A stretch of DNA of 41,812 bases from Macrostomum lignano (taxonomy: Eukaryota), in assembly GCA_002269645.1 (NCBI GenBank), contig NIVC01004566.1, positions 1-41,812 of the forward strand, written 5' to 3'. The first letter of the stretch is position 1; each line of letters begins with the position of its first letter. The translations under genes were made by a program, and so were the position numbers. Shown here in pieces: positions 22,270 to 34,086 of the stretch. The notes under the pieces were generated by a model. It was not told where the DNA came from. It saw only the letters and a list, made by a program, of their open reading frames with translations, and ran no database searches.

Positions 22270-22900
22270 GACAAGATAGATTGCAGCAGTCTAGGAGGTC
22301 AGTCCAATTGCCTTCAAGTTGGCAACAAGTGTCTTTTAGAGTGTCTGGTTCTGCCCTTAGCTGCACTAAAACCATTTGATCAATGGGTACAGAATGGCTA
22401 GTCTAAATGGGTTGTTGTTGCCATGGGCAAACTACCATAGGCAGTGTCTTAGCAAGGCCTAGCAATGTTGGCAGAGCATGGCACTAAGGGATGGCAATTT
22501 TGATCTCTCTATCAGCTGGGCTATCAGGAAAACAGCCAAGTAGTACAGGCCCAACGCTTTATGTAGCAGGTTGTAGAGCATTGTATCAAGGGCCCGCTCT
22601 CATGTAGTTGTCATTGGGATAGCCTCTATGCCATAGAGAAGGATTGGCTCTATGGTGGCATAGAACAAGTAGATCTTCAGGTTGTCCTATACTTTGGAGG
22701 TAAAGATTGGCCTAAGATGGTGCATGGCATACCAGGCCTAGGTCCTCTTATCTATAATGATCGCCTCTAGGCTTATCACAAGGGTGCCTAGATAGTGGAA
22801 GTTGCTGTACATGATTAAGATGGCCTTGCCATTGAGCAGGGTCAGTGGTGGGGCATTGTTAGTACCCATATGCAGTACCTCTGTCTTGCCTGCATTAGTT
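22270..22900 (-). mobile_element. Decayed non-LTR retrotransposon (RTE-like) ORF fragment, RT C-terminal/thumb region
   Basis: One frame over ~210 codons: NAGKTE..NFHYLGT..*AWYAM..LRPIF..LKIYLFYATIEPILLYGIE..LDTM..LL.KALG..LPSLS..LLRHCL, with 9 in-frame stops and no frameshift. Confidence 0.8.
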
Positions 22901-24869
22901 CATGTAAAGATACATTAGGCTATATTTAAAGTTTGTATATATAAGTATATATATAAATTTAATAATTGATATTTAGCTAGGTTTTTTATGTGCACTGCAA
23001 AGTATGCATATTATACCATCTTTGAGTTTTAAAATTGCACTCTAAAACTAACAAAGTGGGTATAGTTTAGGTATCATTTTATAAGTTATTTTCTTTTTAA
23101 GCCTCATTTGTAATGCCTTAGAATAAGATCAAGAAATATAAGACAAGAAGTCAAGGCATATATATACAAGATAAAAAAACAAGACACAAGAAAATATCCA
23201 TAAATATGTTTATATTCCTAATTTTTTTAACTAAGAGAAATTGCATTCACTGACTCAGCCTTATAATTGCACCTTGAAATTGGGTACAAAGTGCAATTTT
23301 ATGCCTTATCTCTTATAAAACTATATTTTTAGCTTGGAATTGCTTATTATTCAAATTTAAAACAAAATAAAACCAATGTAACAATGCTATGATTCAGGCA
23401 CAAAAATGGTGCAAATATAGGTACAAATGCCTTTTTGCCTTTGTAAGAGATGATATTTGGATAAACATAATCATTTAAGTTCTATCTTTGTATTTTTACT
23501 TTTATCTTATTGTTATTGGAGTAAATAGGACCTAGCTGTGGTTGCTACTACAAGTGCATGCTAATTATCTTTTTGACCTTATGCCATTTACCAATCTTGG
23601 GAGTCAGGACTATTTTAATCATTTACTTTAGTACTGGACACTAGGCTTTTATCTTAGCCCAATATCTGCCAGTATTTGTGCTTGACATAGAGATTAGCAA
23701 CTCGGAAGGTGCACTTCTACCAATTTCACCTGAAAGAGACACTAGACAAGCATGGATATCACAATTGACTTCTAGAGCTACATTGCTACTGACACTGATA
23801 GAGATTGTCCTCTCTTACTACATTTGGTCTAAGTATTGCTTGTTTTCCCCCATGATAATGCAAAGATGGAATATATATTTAGCCAAAATTTAAAACAAAA
23901 ACTTTTAAAATGCCCAATATATAATAATGCATGCAAAAATATCTCATATGACATTTTTAGGGGTTGTAAAGAAGCAATCTAGAGGATAATATTAGCATTG
24001 TGCAAAAATTTTTGCCTGGCATAAAATCAGGTAAAATGTCTAATTATAGCACTGCAATCCAATAAATATAGGCCTAGCAGTATTTTTAAAATGATACATT
24101 ATGGCTGATAACTAAAATACTATATATATAATCACAATAGTTTTGAATTTAAATACAAATTACTTTTTATAACCACCAAAGATGTTTTTTCTTAGCTTTT
24201 AATAAACATATTTACATTGTTTAAATAATTAAGACTTAGATATAAGTTATATACTATACTAAACTTTAGTTATAAACTAGGTTAAGTAATATAGATAATA
24301 TTATTTACTTAAGACCAAGTTATTCTGCAATAATTTTTATTTAAATAAGAAGATTATATATAAGATAATCAGAAAACTGAAAACTGAAATCAATAATAGA
24401 ATTTTTCTCCCTAAGTATAAAATTATATTATATAGGGGTATATATCCATAATACCTTCCAAGCTAGCTAATCTAGCTAGCTAGCAAAAGACCTAGCCAAG
24501 GTAAGTTTCAAAATGCCTATTCAAAAGATATAGAAAAAGTATTTAAATAGATAACAAAGCATTTGGCTTTAATAATATAGTCATTATTATTTTTGACATG
24601 TACCTAGAAAATTACATTAATTTTAGCTTAGGTTTCTTTCATACATATAGATTAGTCATTTTTTTGGTCAAAAAATAAATCAGGGGGTTATATATATGTG
24701 TTATGTGTAAAAGATTTTAACATGAAAATAAATATAATTGACATATTAGTTATTCTAGACATGTGGAGTCTCAATCAATGTCAAAAAGTTTGTTGGAGTG
24801 TATTGGCAGAGCTACAACTAAAGTTGGTATTGTCAATGCAGTTTAGAATAGAAGCAGCAATTCTATTAT

Positions 24870-25332
24870 CTTAAAACCTGATGCAAAACATTGTCTTTAC
24901 TAAGTAAAAAGCGAACAATGAGGCATCATTCATCAACTGCACTTAAATTTGGCCTTAGTATTGTCTTAGTAATTTTCCATGCAGTTAATATAAATACAAT
25001 GTTTTTCTCCATTGCATTCCATTTTTCCAATGTGCATTTTTCCATTGCACATAGAAAGCAATTTTGTGATAGACTACCAAATGCATATAGTTGCATGTCA
25101 AAGTATACTGACCATTCATCATTATAAATCATTATGCTAAGTTTTATAAACTTTTCAATGATTAGTAAAAGGGTAAGAATATCTTATGAGACAATGGGCC
25201 AAATAATATCATTGCAAGATAAATCACCACATTCTACTATTCTAAAAATCCAGATCTAGGTACCTTTCTAAGAACCTTGATAGTATTTGAGCTTTCTACC
25301 AAAAGGGATTTGTCAATCTCATAAGGCATTTT
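24870..25332 (-). mobile_element. Decayed Merlin (IS1016/IS1595-like) DDE transposase fragment
   Basis: Motifs in the expected order across frames: EIDKSLL (cf. EIDESLF), IWIFRIVECG (cf. WVFGxxER), IYNDEWSVY (cf. IxSDxWxxY), HLVVYHK (cf. HxxVNHS). Confidence 0.6.
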
Positions 25333-26110
25333 ATAGGGCATTAAGCAGGTGTAAAAAATAATTCAAATGATTTCTAAGATTAGCATCTTAATTCTTAATG
25401 ATACATTTCTAGCCTTTATCTGTCTAAAAAGTTATTTTTCAATAAAAGTTAAAATTTAATAGTTAAAAGTTGTTCTGTCTATTAAATCTTTTAAAATTTG
25501 AATTTGAATTTAAAATATTGATAGTCTTTTGTTCCTCAAAGGTAAAATTGCATCTAGGGTTAGATTTTAGGTTATAATTTTAGAATTTTTTAATGTTAAG
25601 TCTATATATGCACAATTTCCAGTGCAATTACAATTGACAATATTAACAAATTAAGGACTTTTACTTGTTTTTGATAAGCTACTAAACTAAGTCACATTTT
25701 CAGTCAAAACTTAGTCTTATGGCTAGTGTAATTTTAGAATTTGTGCATTTATAAATAATATAATTTATAAAACTTTATAACACTTTTTTCAGTAAAGTTG
25801 ATGCAAATAAGTATTTGAAGTATAAAACGAATTTTAATTATATGTTTGCTTTATGCTTTTATTAAAAACAAAAATAGTTGATTTTTCTATCATTGCTAGT
25901 TCTTATTATTAATCAGGAGTTTAATTTAATTAGACTATGCAAGTCTTCTAACAAAGAAACTAAGTTATTGATAACTCATTTAGTAAACCTCTGTCCAAAG
26001 AAGATAAATAAGCTATAGTTAATAAAACATTTTACAATATTTGATTTACTGTGCAAATTTCAGCTTATTTCAGTTTATCAACCATATTTAAATTTAGCGC
26101 CAATACAAAC

Positions 26111-28570
26111 ATGGAAGTTGAGCAGGTTGAGCTGCTGTGCAAGCAGCTGTATGAGACGCAGGATGCTTCATTGCGCTCAGAGGCTGAGAAAGCGCTAGTG
26201 AACTTGACCAATGATCCATTGTGCATGTCAAAATGTCAACTGCTGTTGGAACGGGCCAATTCTCCCTATTCTCAGCTGGTTGCCAGCAACAGTCTCACTA
26301 AACTGCTGTCAAAGCCTTCGCTTAGTCTGTCAGTTGAAGAGCGCCTAGAGATGCGCAATTATGTGCTGAGGTACTTAGCCCAGCATTCTGGCAAGCTAGT
26401 TAGCTACGTGCAGCAGAGCTTGGCCCAGCTGTTCTGCCGTCTGACTCGGCTGGGCTGGTTCGACTCGGACAGTAAAGAGGATTGGCCGTTTCGCAATGTT
26501 GTTCAGTTAATTACTAATTTTCTGCAGAGACCGGACTCGCAGCATGTGCTGATTGGAGTGCAGCTGCTCTCACAGTTGGTTGCCGAGATGAATACGTTTG
26601 CTGATCAGGTGAGCATGTTAGTCACTTGGAAGTCATAGGCCTTCCAATGCAGTTACAAAATAGGTTTCTGTTAATTAGTGTGCTAGGTCCAGGTGTTCTA
26701 ATAAGTTTGCTATGCTAGTTGTGCAAAAATAGTTATTTGCCCTAATTCTTTGCTAGATGTGCTAATTAGTGTGCTAGGTGCTCTAATTGGTGTGCTAGGT
26801 GCTCTAATTGGTGTGCTAGGTGCACTAGTTGGTGTGCTAGGTGTTCTAATCGGTGCGATAGGTGTTCTAATTGGTGTGCTAGGTGCTCTAATTGGTGTAT
26901 GCTAGGTGTTCTAATTGGTGTGCTAGGTGCTCTAATTGGTGTGCTAGGTGCACTAGTTGGTGTGCTAGGTGTTCTAATTGGTGTGCTAGGTGTTCTAATT
27001 GGTGTGCTAGGTGCTCTAATTGGTGTGCTAGGTGTTCTAATTGGTGTGCTAGGTGTTCTAACTGGTGTGCTAGGTGTTCTATTTGGTGTGCTAGGTGTTC
27101 TAATTGGTGTGCTAGGTGTTCTAATTGGTGTGCTAGGTGCTCTAATTGGTGTGCTAGGTGTTCTAATTGGTGTGCTAGGTGCTCTAATTGGTGTGCTAGG
27201 TGCTCTAATTGGTGTGCTAGGTGCTCTAATTGGTGTGCTAGGTGCTCTAATTGGCGTGCTAGGTGCTCTAATTGGTGTGCTAGGTGCTCTAATTGGTGTG
27301 CTAGGTGTTCTAATTGGTGTGCTAGGTGCTCTAATTGGCGTGCTAGGTGCTCTAATTGGTGTGCTAGGTGCTCTAATTGGTGTGCTAGGTGTTCTAATTG
27401 GTGTGCTAGGTGCTCTAATTGGTGTGCTAGGTGCTCTAATTGGTGTGCTAGGTGCTCTAATTGGTGTGCTAGGTGCTCTAATTGGTGTGCTAGGTGCTCT
27501 AATTGGTGTGCTAGGTGCTCTAATTGGTGTATGCTAGGCTGCTAGCGCAGGGTGTATTAGTTTGTTACGCTTTCAAAATATACTAATATTCATAAAATGG
27601 AAACATCAGGCCTTTATACCGCTTTTTTACTAGCTACTACTACTGTTAGTACTAAGCTTTACCTCGCCATCTGCCTAATTAACCTCCCCTGCAGGAGTCC
27701 AGCCGCTCCCTGAGCATGCACAGGAAAATCGCTTCCTCATTCCGCGACTCTCAGTTATTCGAAATATTCCGACTCGGCTGCTCTCTGCTACGCGACGCGT
27801 CCTCGAATTTGAAATCGCTCAGCAGCTCGGTCGCCGATCCGTCATCAACCGAGCACAATCTGCTAGCGCACACGCTTCGCCTAGTAAAGAACTGCTTGAA
27901 CTTTGATTTCATCGGCACAGCTGGCGACGAATCAGCCGACGATTTGAGCACCGTCCAAATACCGACCTCTTGGCGGCCGGCCTTCTTCGATCAGGACTGC
28001 GTACTGCCCGGCCTGTTCTTTGAGCTGTTCTCCGGATTGCCTGCCAGCCTGGCTCCGCTGTCCCTGGCCTGCCTAGTCCAGGTGGCCTCAATCCGCCGCT
28101 CCCTGTTCTCCAATGCCGAACGGGCCGCATTTCTTAATTCGTTGGTTCGCGGAGTTCGCGACATTCTGCGCAATCCTGTTGGTCTGAACGATCCGTCGTG
28201 TTATCACGAATTCTGCCGACTGGTTGCCCGGCTCAAGTCTAATTATCAGCTTGGCGAGTTGGTTCGGATTGAAGCCTATGATGAGTTTATTAAACTCATT
28301 GCCGATTTTACTGTTCGCAGCTTGCAGCTGTACAATTTTGGATCGAATAGCGTGCACTATCTGCTGTCTCTATGGCAACGCATGGTCGCTTCGATACCGT
28401 ATTTGAAAGTTACCGAGCCGCACTATTTGGAGGCCTATGTGCCAGAGATTGTAACGGTATGTTTATTTGTGTTGGTTGTAATTGCCAAAATTTATTGGTT
28501 CTCCAAAGCAGGTCGACAGATGGACAGATGGATAGATAGTATAGATAATTAGATAGTTAGATAGAAAGAC

Positions 28571-28623
<53 letters not shown>

Positions 28624-31600
28624 TAGATAGATAGATAGATAGATAGACTGAAGTGCCAAATGTACTTTGTCTCTGCTGTCAAACCCAAAGTTGCTTCCCA
28701 TATCCTAAACACACACAGTTAAGTAATGCCAAATTGCATTCCCAACAGGCCTACGTGACCTCCCGAGTGGACTCCGTATCGCTAGTGTTTCGCGAGGGCC
28801 TCGAGCAGCCCCTGGACGATGTGAATTTGGTCAGCCAACAGTTGGAACAATTAGCTACCATTGGTCGTTGCGATTACGAGAAAACTGTTCAACTGCTTGT
28901 ACAGTTATTTGACCAATCAGCTTCGGCCTATAGTCAGGTGATGCCGCTGGGCGGTACAGATGTACTTGTGCAAGAGTGCAAACTGGCCTGGCTGACCTAT
29001 TTTATGGGCGCCTGCGTTGGCGGCAGGATATCCTTTAATTCAACCGATGTTCACGACGAATTGGACTCGGAGCTCTGCTGCCGGGTGCTCCAACTGATGC
29101 GGCTGGCCGACCAGCGGCTGCCCCACGCTGCTCACAGGCTGGAGCTGGCGTTTCTCTACTTTCTAGACCAATTTCGCAAGATCTACGTTGGCGACTCGGT
29201 GCAGAAGGCCTGCAAAGTCTATAGAAGAATGGGCGAAGTATTGGGCATAGCAGATGAGAGTGCGATTCTGGCTGTGTTTGTTACTAAGGCAAGTGTTTTG
29301 CTATTGTTCTTCCTAGAAAGGCTAAGGGGGTCACCTGACCCATTTTATAAAGACAAGTGGTTTAACGATTCTCAAGAATTCTCAGGGGTCAGTTGACCCC
29401 TTTTAGAAGTACAAGTATTTCGAAGATTTCCGAGAATTCCAAGGGGTCAGTTGACCCCTACCAGAAGTACAAGTATTTCAAATATTCCCAAGAATTTCAA
29501 GGGGGGGTCAAGTGACCCCTTAGAATTTCAAGTGGTTTGATGATTCCTAAAAAATTCCAGTGGTCACGTGACCACCATAGGAGTTCAAAGAAGGTTAAAG
29601 GGTCTGATGGACCCTCCCTAAGAAATCCGAAGGTCAACTGACCCCTCCCCCAACAAGTATAGGGGTCAGGTGTCCCCCTAAGAAATACAATGCGTGAACT
29701 GATCTCCAAATTGGGTCTAGATATCAGACTATCTCAGTGTAAAATCAAGGGATCATCTGGCAATAACCAACGGTAAAGATTCAAATCAACAACTTTCTTC
29801 AATCAACAAACTCTCAGGTAATAGCCAATCTAAAATTCTGGAGCCACCACGAGACCATCATAGGCCGCACATTGGCCCTGCTCAGCGATCTCAGCGCCGG
29901 CTATTCCGCAGTGCGCAAACTGGTCAGACTAGAAAGCGTCCAATTCGTACTGGCCAATCATTCCGCCGCGCATTTCCCGTTCCTCAGCGGCCAGGAGACC
30001 CTGCCGACTAGGCTGAAATTTCGCACCTCATTCTATGCCGCTCTGGGCCGCCTGCTGATGGTCGATCTGGGCGAAGACGAGGACCGATTCCAGGCGTTTA
30101 TGCAGCCGCTAACTGACGCATTCTCTAATGTTGGCAATTTGCTCAATTCAAATCAACTGCAGGAGGCTCAGACTGGCCTTGTTGGCTTGGCTAGAGATCT
30201 GCGCGGCATTGCGTTCAGTTTGAATACTAAGACTGCGTATATGATGCTGCTGGATTGGTTCTGCCCGGACTATTCACAGCTTATGGTCAAGGCGCTTGAG
30301 GTTTGTAGCCATTTACACATTGCCTCTCTCTCCCTCCCAGCTCACTATCTCCCTCTATCCCATTGTCTCCCTCTCCCATCTCACTGTCTCCCTCTCTCTC
30401 AGTGTCTCCCTCTCCTATCCCACTGTCTCCCTCCCTTTCTCCCATCTCACTGTCTCCCTCTATCCCATTGTCTCCCTCTCCCTCTCCCATCTCACTGTCT
30501 CCCTCTCTCTCAGTGTCTCCCTCTCCTATCCCACTGTCTCCCTCCCATCTCACTGTCTCCCTCTATCCCATTGTCTCCCTCTCCCTCTCCCATCTCACTG
30601 TCTCCCTCTCTCATCTCACTGTCTCCCTCTCTCATCTCACTTTCTCCATCTTCTATCTCAGTGTCTCCCTCTCCTATCCCACTGTCTCCCTCCCTCCCTC
30701 CCTCCCATCTCCCTGTCTCCCTCTCCTATCTCACTTTCTCCATCTTCTATCTCAGTGTCTCCCTCTCCTATCCCACTGTCTCCCTCCCTCCCTCCCTCCC
30801 ATCTCACTGTCTCCCTCTCCTATCTCACTTTCTCCATCTTCTATCTCAGTGTCTCCCTCACCCTCTTACTGTCTCCCTCTCCCATCTCACTGTCTCCCTC
30901 TCTCTCATTGTCTCCATCTCCCATCTCACTGTCTCCCTCTCTCATCTCACTGTCTCCCTCTCTCATCTCACTTTCTCCATCTTCTATCTCAGTGTCTCCC
31001 TCTCCTATCCCACTGTCTCCCTCCCTCCCTCCCTCCCTCCCTCCCATCTCACTGTCTCCCTCTCCTATCTCACTTTCTCCATCTTCTATCTCAGTGTCTC
31101 CCTCACCCTCTTACTGTCTCCCTCTCCCATCTCACTGTCTCCCTCTCTCTTATTGTCTCCCTCCCATCTCACTGTCTCCCTCTCTCATTGTCTCCCTCCC
31201 ATCTCACTGTCTCCCTTTCCCATCTCATTGTCTCCCTCTCTCATCTCACTTTCTCCATCTTCTATCTCAGTGTCTCCCTCTCCTATCCCACTGTCTCCCT
31301 CCCTCCCTCCCTCCCTCCCATCTCACTGTCTCCCTCTCCTATCTCACTTTCTCCATCTTCTATCTCAGTGTCTCCCTCACCCTCTTACTGTCTCCCTCTC
31401 CCATCTCACTGTCTCCCTCTCTCTCATTGTCTCCATCTCCCATCTCACTGTCTCCCTCTCTCATCTCACTGTCTCCCTCTCTCATCTCACTTTCTCCATC
31501 TTCTATCTCAGTGTCTCCCTCTCCTATCCCACTGTCTCCCTCCCTCCCTCCCTCCCTCCCTCCCATCTCACTGTCTCCCTCTCCTATCTCACTTTCTCCA

Positions 31601-34086
31601 TCTTCTATCTCAGTGTCTCCCTCACCCTCTTACTGTCTCCCTCTCCCATCTCACTGTCTCCCTCTCTCTTATTGTCTCCCTCCCATCTCACTGTCTCCCT
31701 CTCTCATTGTCTCCCTCCCATCTCACTGTCTCCCTTTCCCATCTCATTGTCTCCCTCTCTCATCTCACTTTCTCCATCTTCTATCTCAGTGTCTCCCTCT
31801 CCTATCCCACTGTCTCCCTCCCTCCCTCCCTCCCTCCCATCTCACTGTCTCCCTCTCCTATCTCACTTTCTCCATCTTCTATCTCAGTGTCTCCCTCACC
31901 CTCTTACTGTCTCCCTCTCCCATCTCACTGTCTCCCTCTCTCTCATTGTCTCCCTCCCATCTCACTGTCTCCCTCTCTCTCATTGTCTCCCTCCCATCTC
32001 ACTGTCTCCCTTTCCCATCTCATTGTCTCCCTCTCTCATCTCACTTTCTCCATCTTCTATCTCACTGTCTCCCTCCCTCCTATCTCACTGTCTCGCTCTA
32101 TCTCATTGTCTCCCTCTCCTATCTCACTGTCTCCCCCTCTCATCTCACTGTATCTCTCTCATTTCAATGTCTCCCACTCATCTCTGTCTCCCTTTCTCAT
32201 CTCACTTTCTCCATCTTCTATCTCAGTGTCTCCCTCTCATGTCACTATTTCTCTCTCCCATCTCACTGTTTCCCTCTCCCATCTCACTGTCTCTCTCATC
32301 TCACTCTCCCTCTCCTATCCCACTGTCTCCGTCCCATCTCACCGTCTCCCTCCATTATGTGTCTATCGATCCATATCCCGCCTCACACTGTTTCCTGTTC
32401 TTCGATACTACAAGTAGTAAAGCTAGTACTAGAACAAAAATTTAATACCGAACTAAACAACACTGGATGGCAGGTCTGGGGCGCCTCCCCCGAGGTGACC
32501 ACCCCGATCCTGAAGCTGTACGCCGAGGTGGCGCAAAACCGGTCCAACCGGCTGCAGTTCGACGTGGCCAGCCCGGACGGTGTCCTCCTGTTCCGCGAGC
32601 TGTCCCGGGTTGTCTGCACCTACGGCGAAGGCCTTCTAGCCAGACAGCCGCCTAAGGAACGAATCTATCATCACAAGTTGAAGGGCATCGCTGTCTGCTT
32701 TACTATATTGAAAGCAAGTCTATCTGGCAACTATGTGAACCTTGGCGTATTCAGTCTGTACCAGGACCCAGCATTGGACTCTGCGCTGTCTGTATTTGTC
32801 CGCCTATTGCTCAGCGTTGAACAGACTGAACTGTTGCAATACCCGAAACTGTCTCAGGCTTATTATCCTCTGCTGGACTGTCTGGCCCAGGACCATGTGT
32901 ACTTCTTGGCCGGCTCCGAGCCCACTGTCTTTCTGTACGTGCTGCAATCCGTTCACGATGGCCTGACTTCTTCCGATACTCTGGTCTGCTCGGCTTGCTG
33001 CGCTGTGCTCGATAGTCTGCTCAGCTTCCTCTTCACCTGTCTGCAACGGCGCGGCAGACTAAGGCCTCGGCAAAGGGAGGCGTGCGATCGAATGCAGGCG
33101 AGTTGCTGCGATGCTGGGATTTGGAAAAATATGAGGAGTTCTGGTCCGCTATCAGTATTTATTGGTTGCCATGGGGACTTCTGGGTTGCTATGGCGATTA
33201 ATTGGTTGTCATGGGAAATTCTGGATTGTTATGGGGATTTCTTGATTGTCATGGGAAATTCTGGGTTGCTATGGCGATTTATTTGTTGTCATTGCTAATT
33301 CTGGGTTGCTATGGGGATTTATTGATTGTCATTGGAAATTCTAGGTTGCTATGAGGATTTATTGGTTGTCATTGCTAATTCTGGGTGGTTATGGGGCTTT
33401 ATTGGTTGTCATGGGGATTTCTAAGTTTCTATGAGGTTTTATGGCTCTATGAGGATGTTTGTTTTGCTATGGGGATTTGAATCGATTATGGAGTTTAAGA
33501 GTCACTATTCGGATTTATTGGTTGATGTATAGATTTGGAGATTGATGATATGGAGACTTCTAGGTTGCTATAGGGATTAATAATCGCTTTGTATAGATTT
33601 TCGTGGATTCGGTTTGGGAACCGTCTATGAACTATTAGGGCTATTATCGAGTTATATATAGAGGATTTTTAAATGGTTAATATATTGATAATCGCTTGCA
33701 ATTTTCCGCCCACGCAGACCAGTGTCCAGCCCCGCCTGCTGGAGCAGCTGCTGGTCACCCTGCTCAACATTGTGGTATTCGAAGATTGCCGGCACCAATG
33801 GAGCCTGTCCCGGCCGCTGCTGCCGCTCATACTGCTAAATGAGAAATGCTTCCAAGAGGTGCGCGCCTCCATCATCAGCTCGCAGCAGTGGGGCGGCGGC
33901 CAGGCCGGGATGGAGCGGCAATCGGCCGTGTCCGCCTGTTTCGACAAGCTCATGGAGGGCGTCGAGCGGAATCTGCTGGTTCGGAATCGGGACAAGTTCA
34001 CCCAGAATCTGTCGCTGTTCAGGCGGGACATTGGCGACGCGTTGAAAGCCGCCCCGGCTGTTGACCTTGGCAACGAGATGTCCTGA
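26111..34086 (+). CDS. XPO7: Exportin-7 / RanBP16-17 family; exons 26111-26608, 27695-28456, 28749-29288, 29818-30300, 32474-33097, 33718-34086; 1091 aa
   Basis: [105 protein letters not shown]. All junctions are phase 0 and the total matches family length (~1090 aa). Introns 3 and 5 have GC donors. Confidence 0.95.
26763..27538. repeat. Intronic minisatellite, 21-bp unit GGTGTGCTAGGTGCTCTAATT (~37 copies)
   Basis: Tandem copies in XPO7 intron 1. Confidence 0.97.
28520..28647. repeat. (GATA)n microsatellite
   Basis: Near-pure GATA run in XPO7 intron 2. Confidence 0.97.
29326..29680. repeat. Degenerate ~59-bp tandem repeat with palindromic core GGGGTCA-NN-TGACCCC
   Basis: Cores at ~29326, 29385, 29443, 29504, 29561 and 29631, plus weaker copies, in XPO7 intron 3. 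Confidence 0.8.
30320..32350. repeat. ~2 kb CT-rich polypyrimidine satellite with a 519-bp higher-order duplication
   Basis: Units such as CTCCCTCTCCCATCTCACTGT. Identical translated segments at 30841-31047 and 31360-31566 give a period of 519. XPO7 intron 4. Confidence 0.97.
33140..33470. repeat. Degenerate 40-bp tandem repeat (CTGGGTTGCTATGGCGATTAATTGGTTGTCATGGGAAATT-like)
   Basis: Unit starts at 33181, 33221, 33261, 33301, 33341, 33381 and 33421; XPO7 intron 5. Confidence 0.9.

Noticed and set aside
26892-27545. Cys-rich CARCSNW and hydrophobic GVLGALI repeat ORFs (metallothionein-like or elastin-like)
   Set aside because: 21-bp minisatellite inside XPO7 intron 1.
29872-33298. 857-aa, 1000-aa and 684-aa ORFs
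   Set aside because: Real XPO7 exons read through into the stop-poor CT satellite of intron 4; the spliced model explains all homology.
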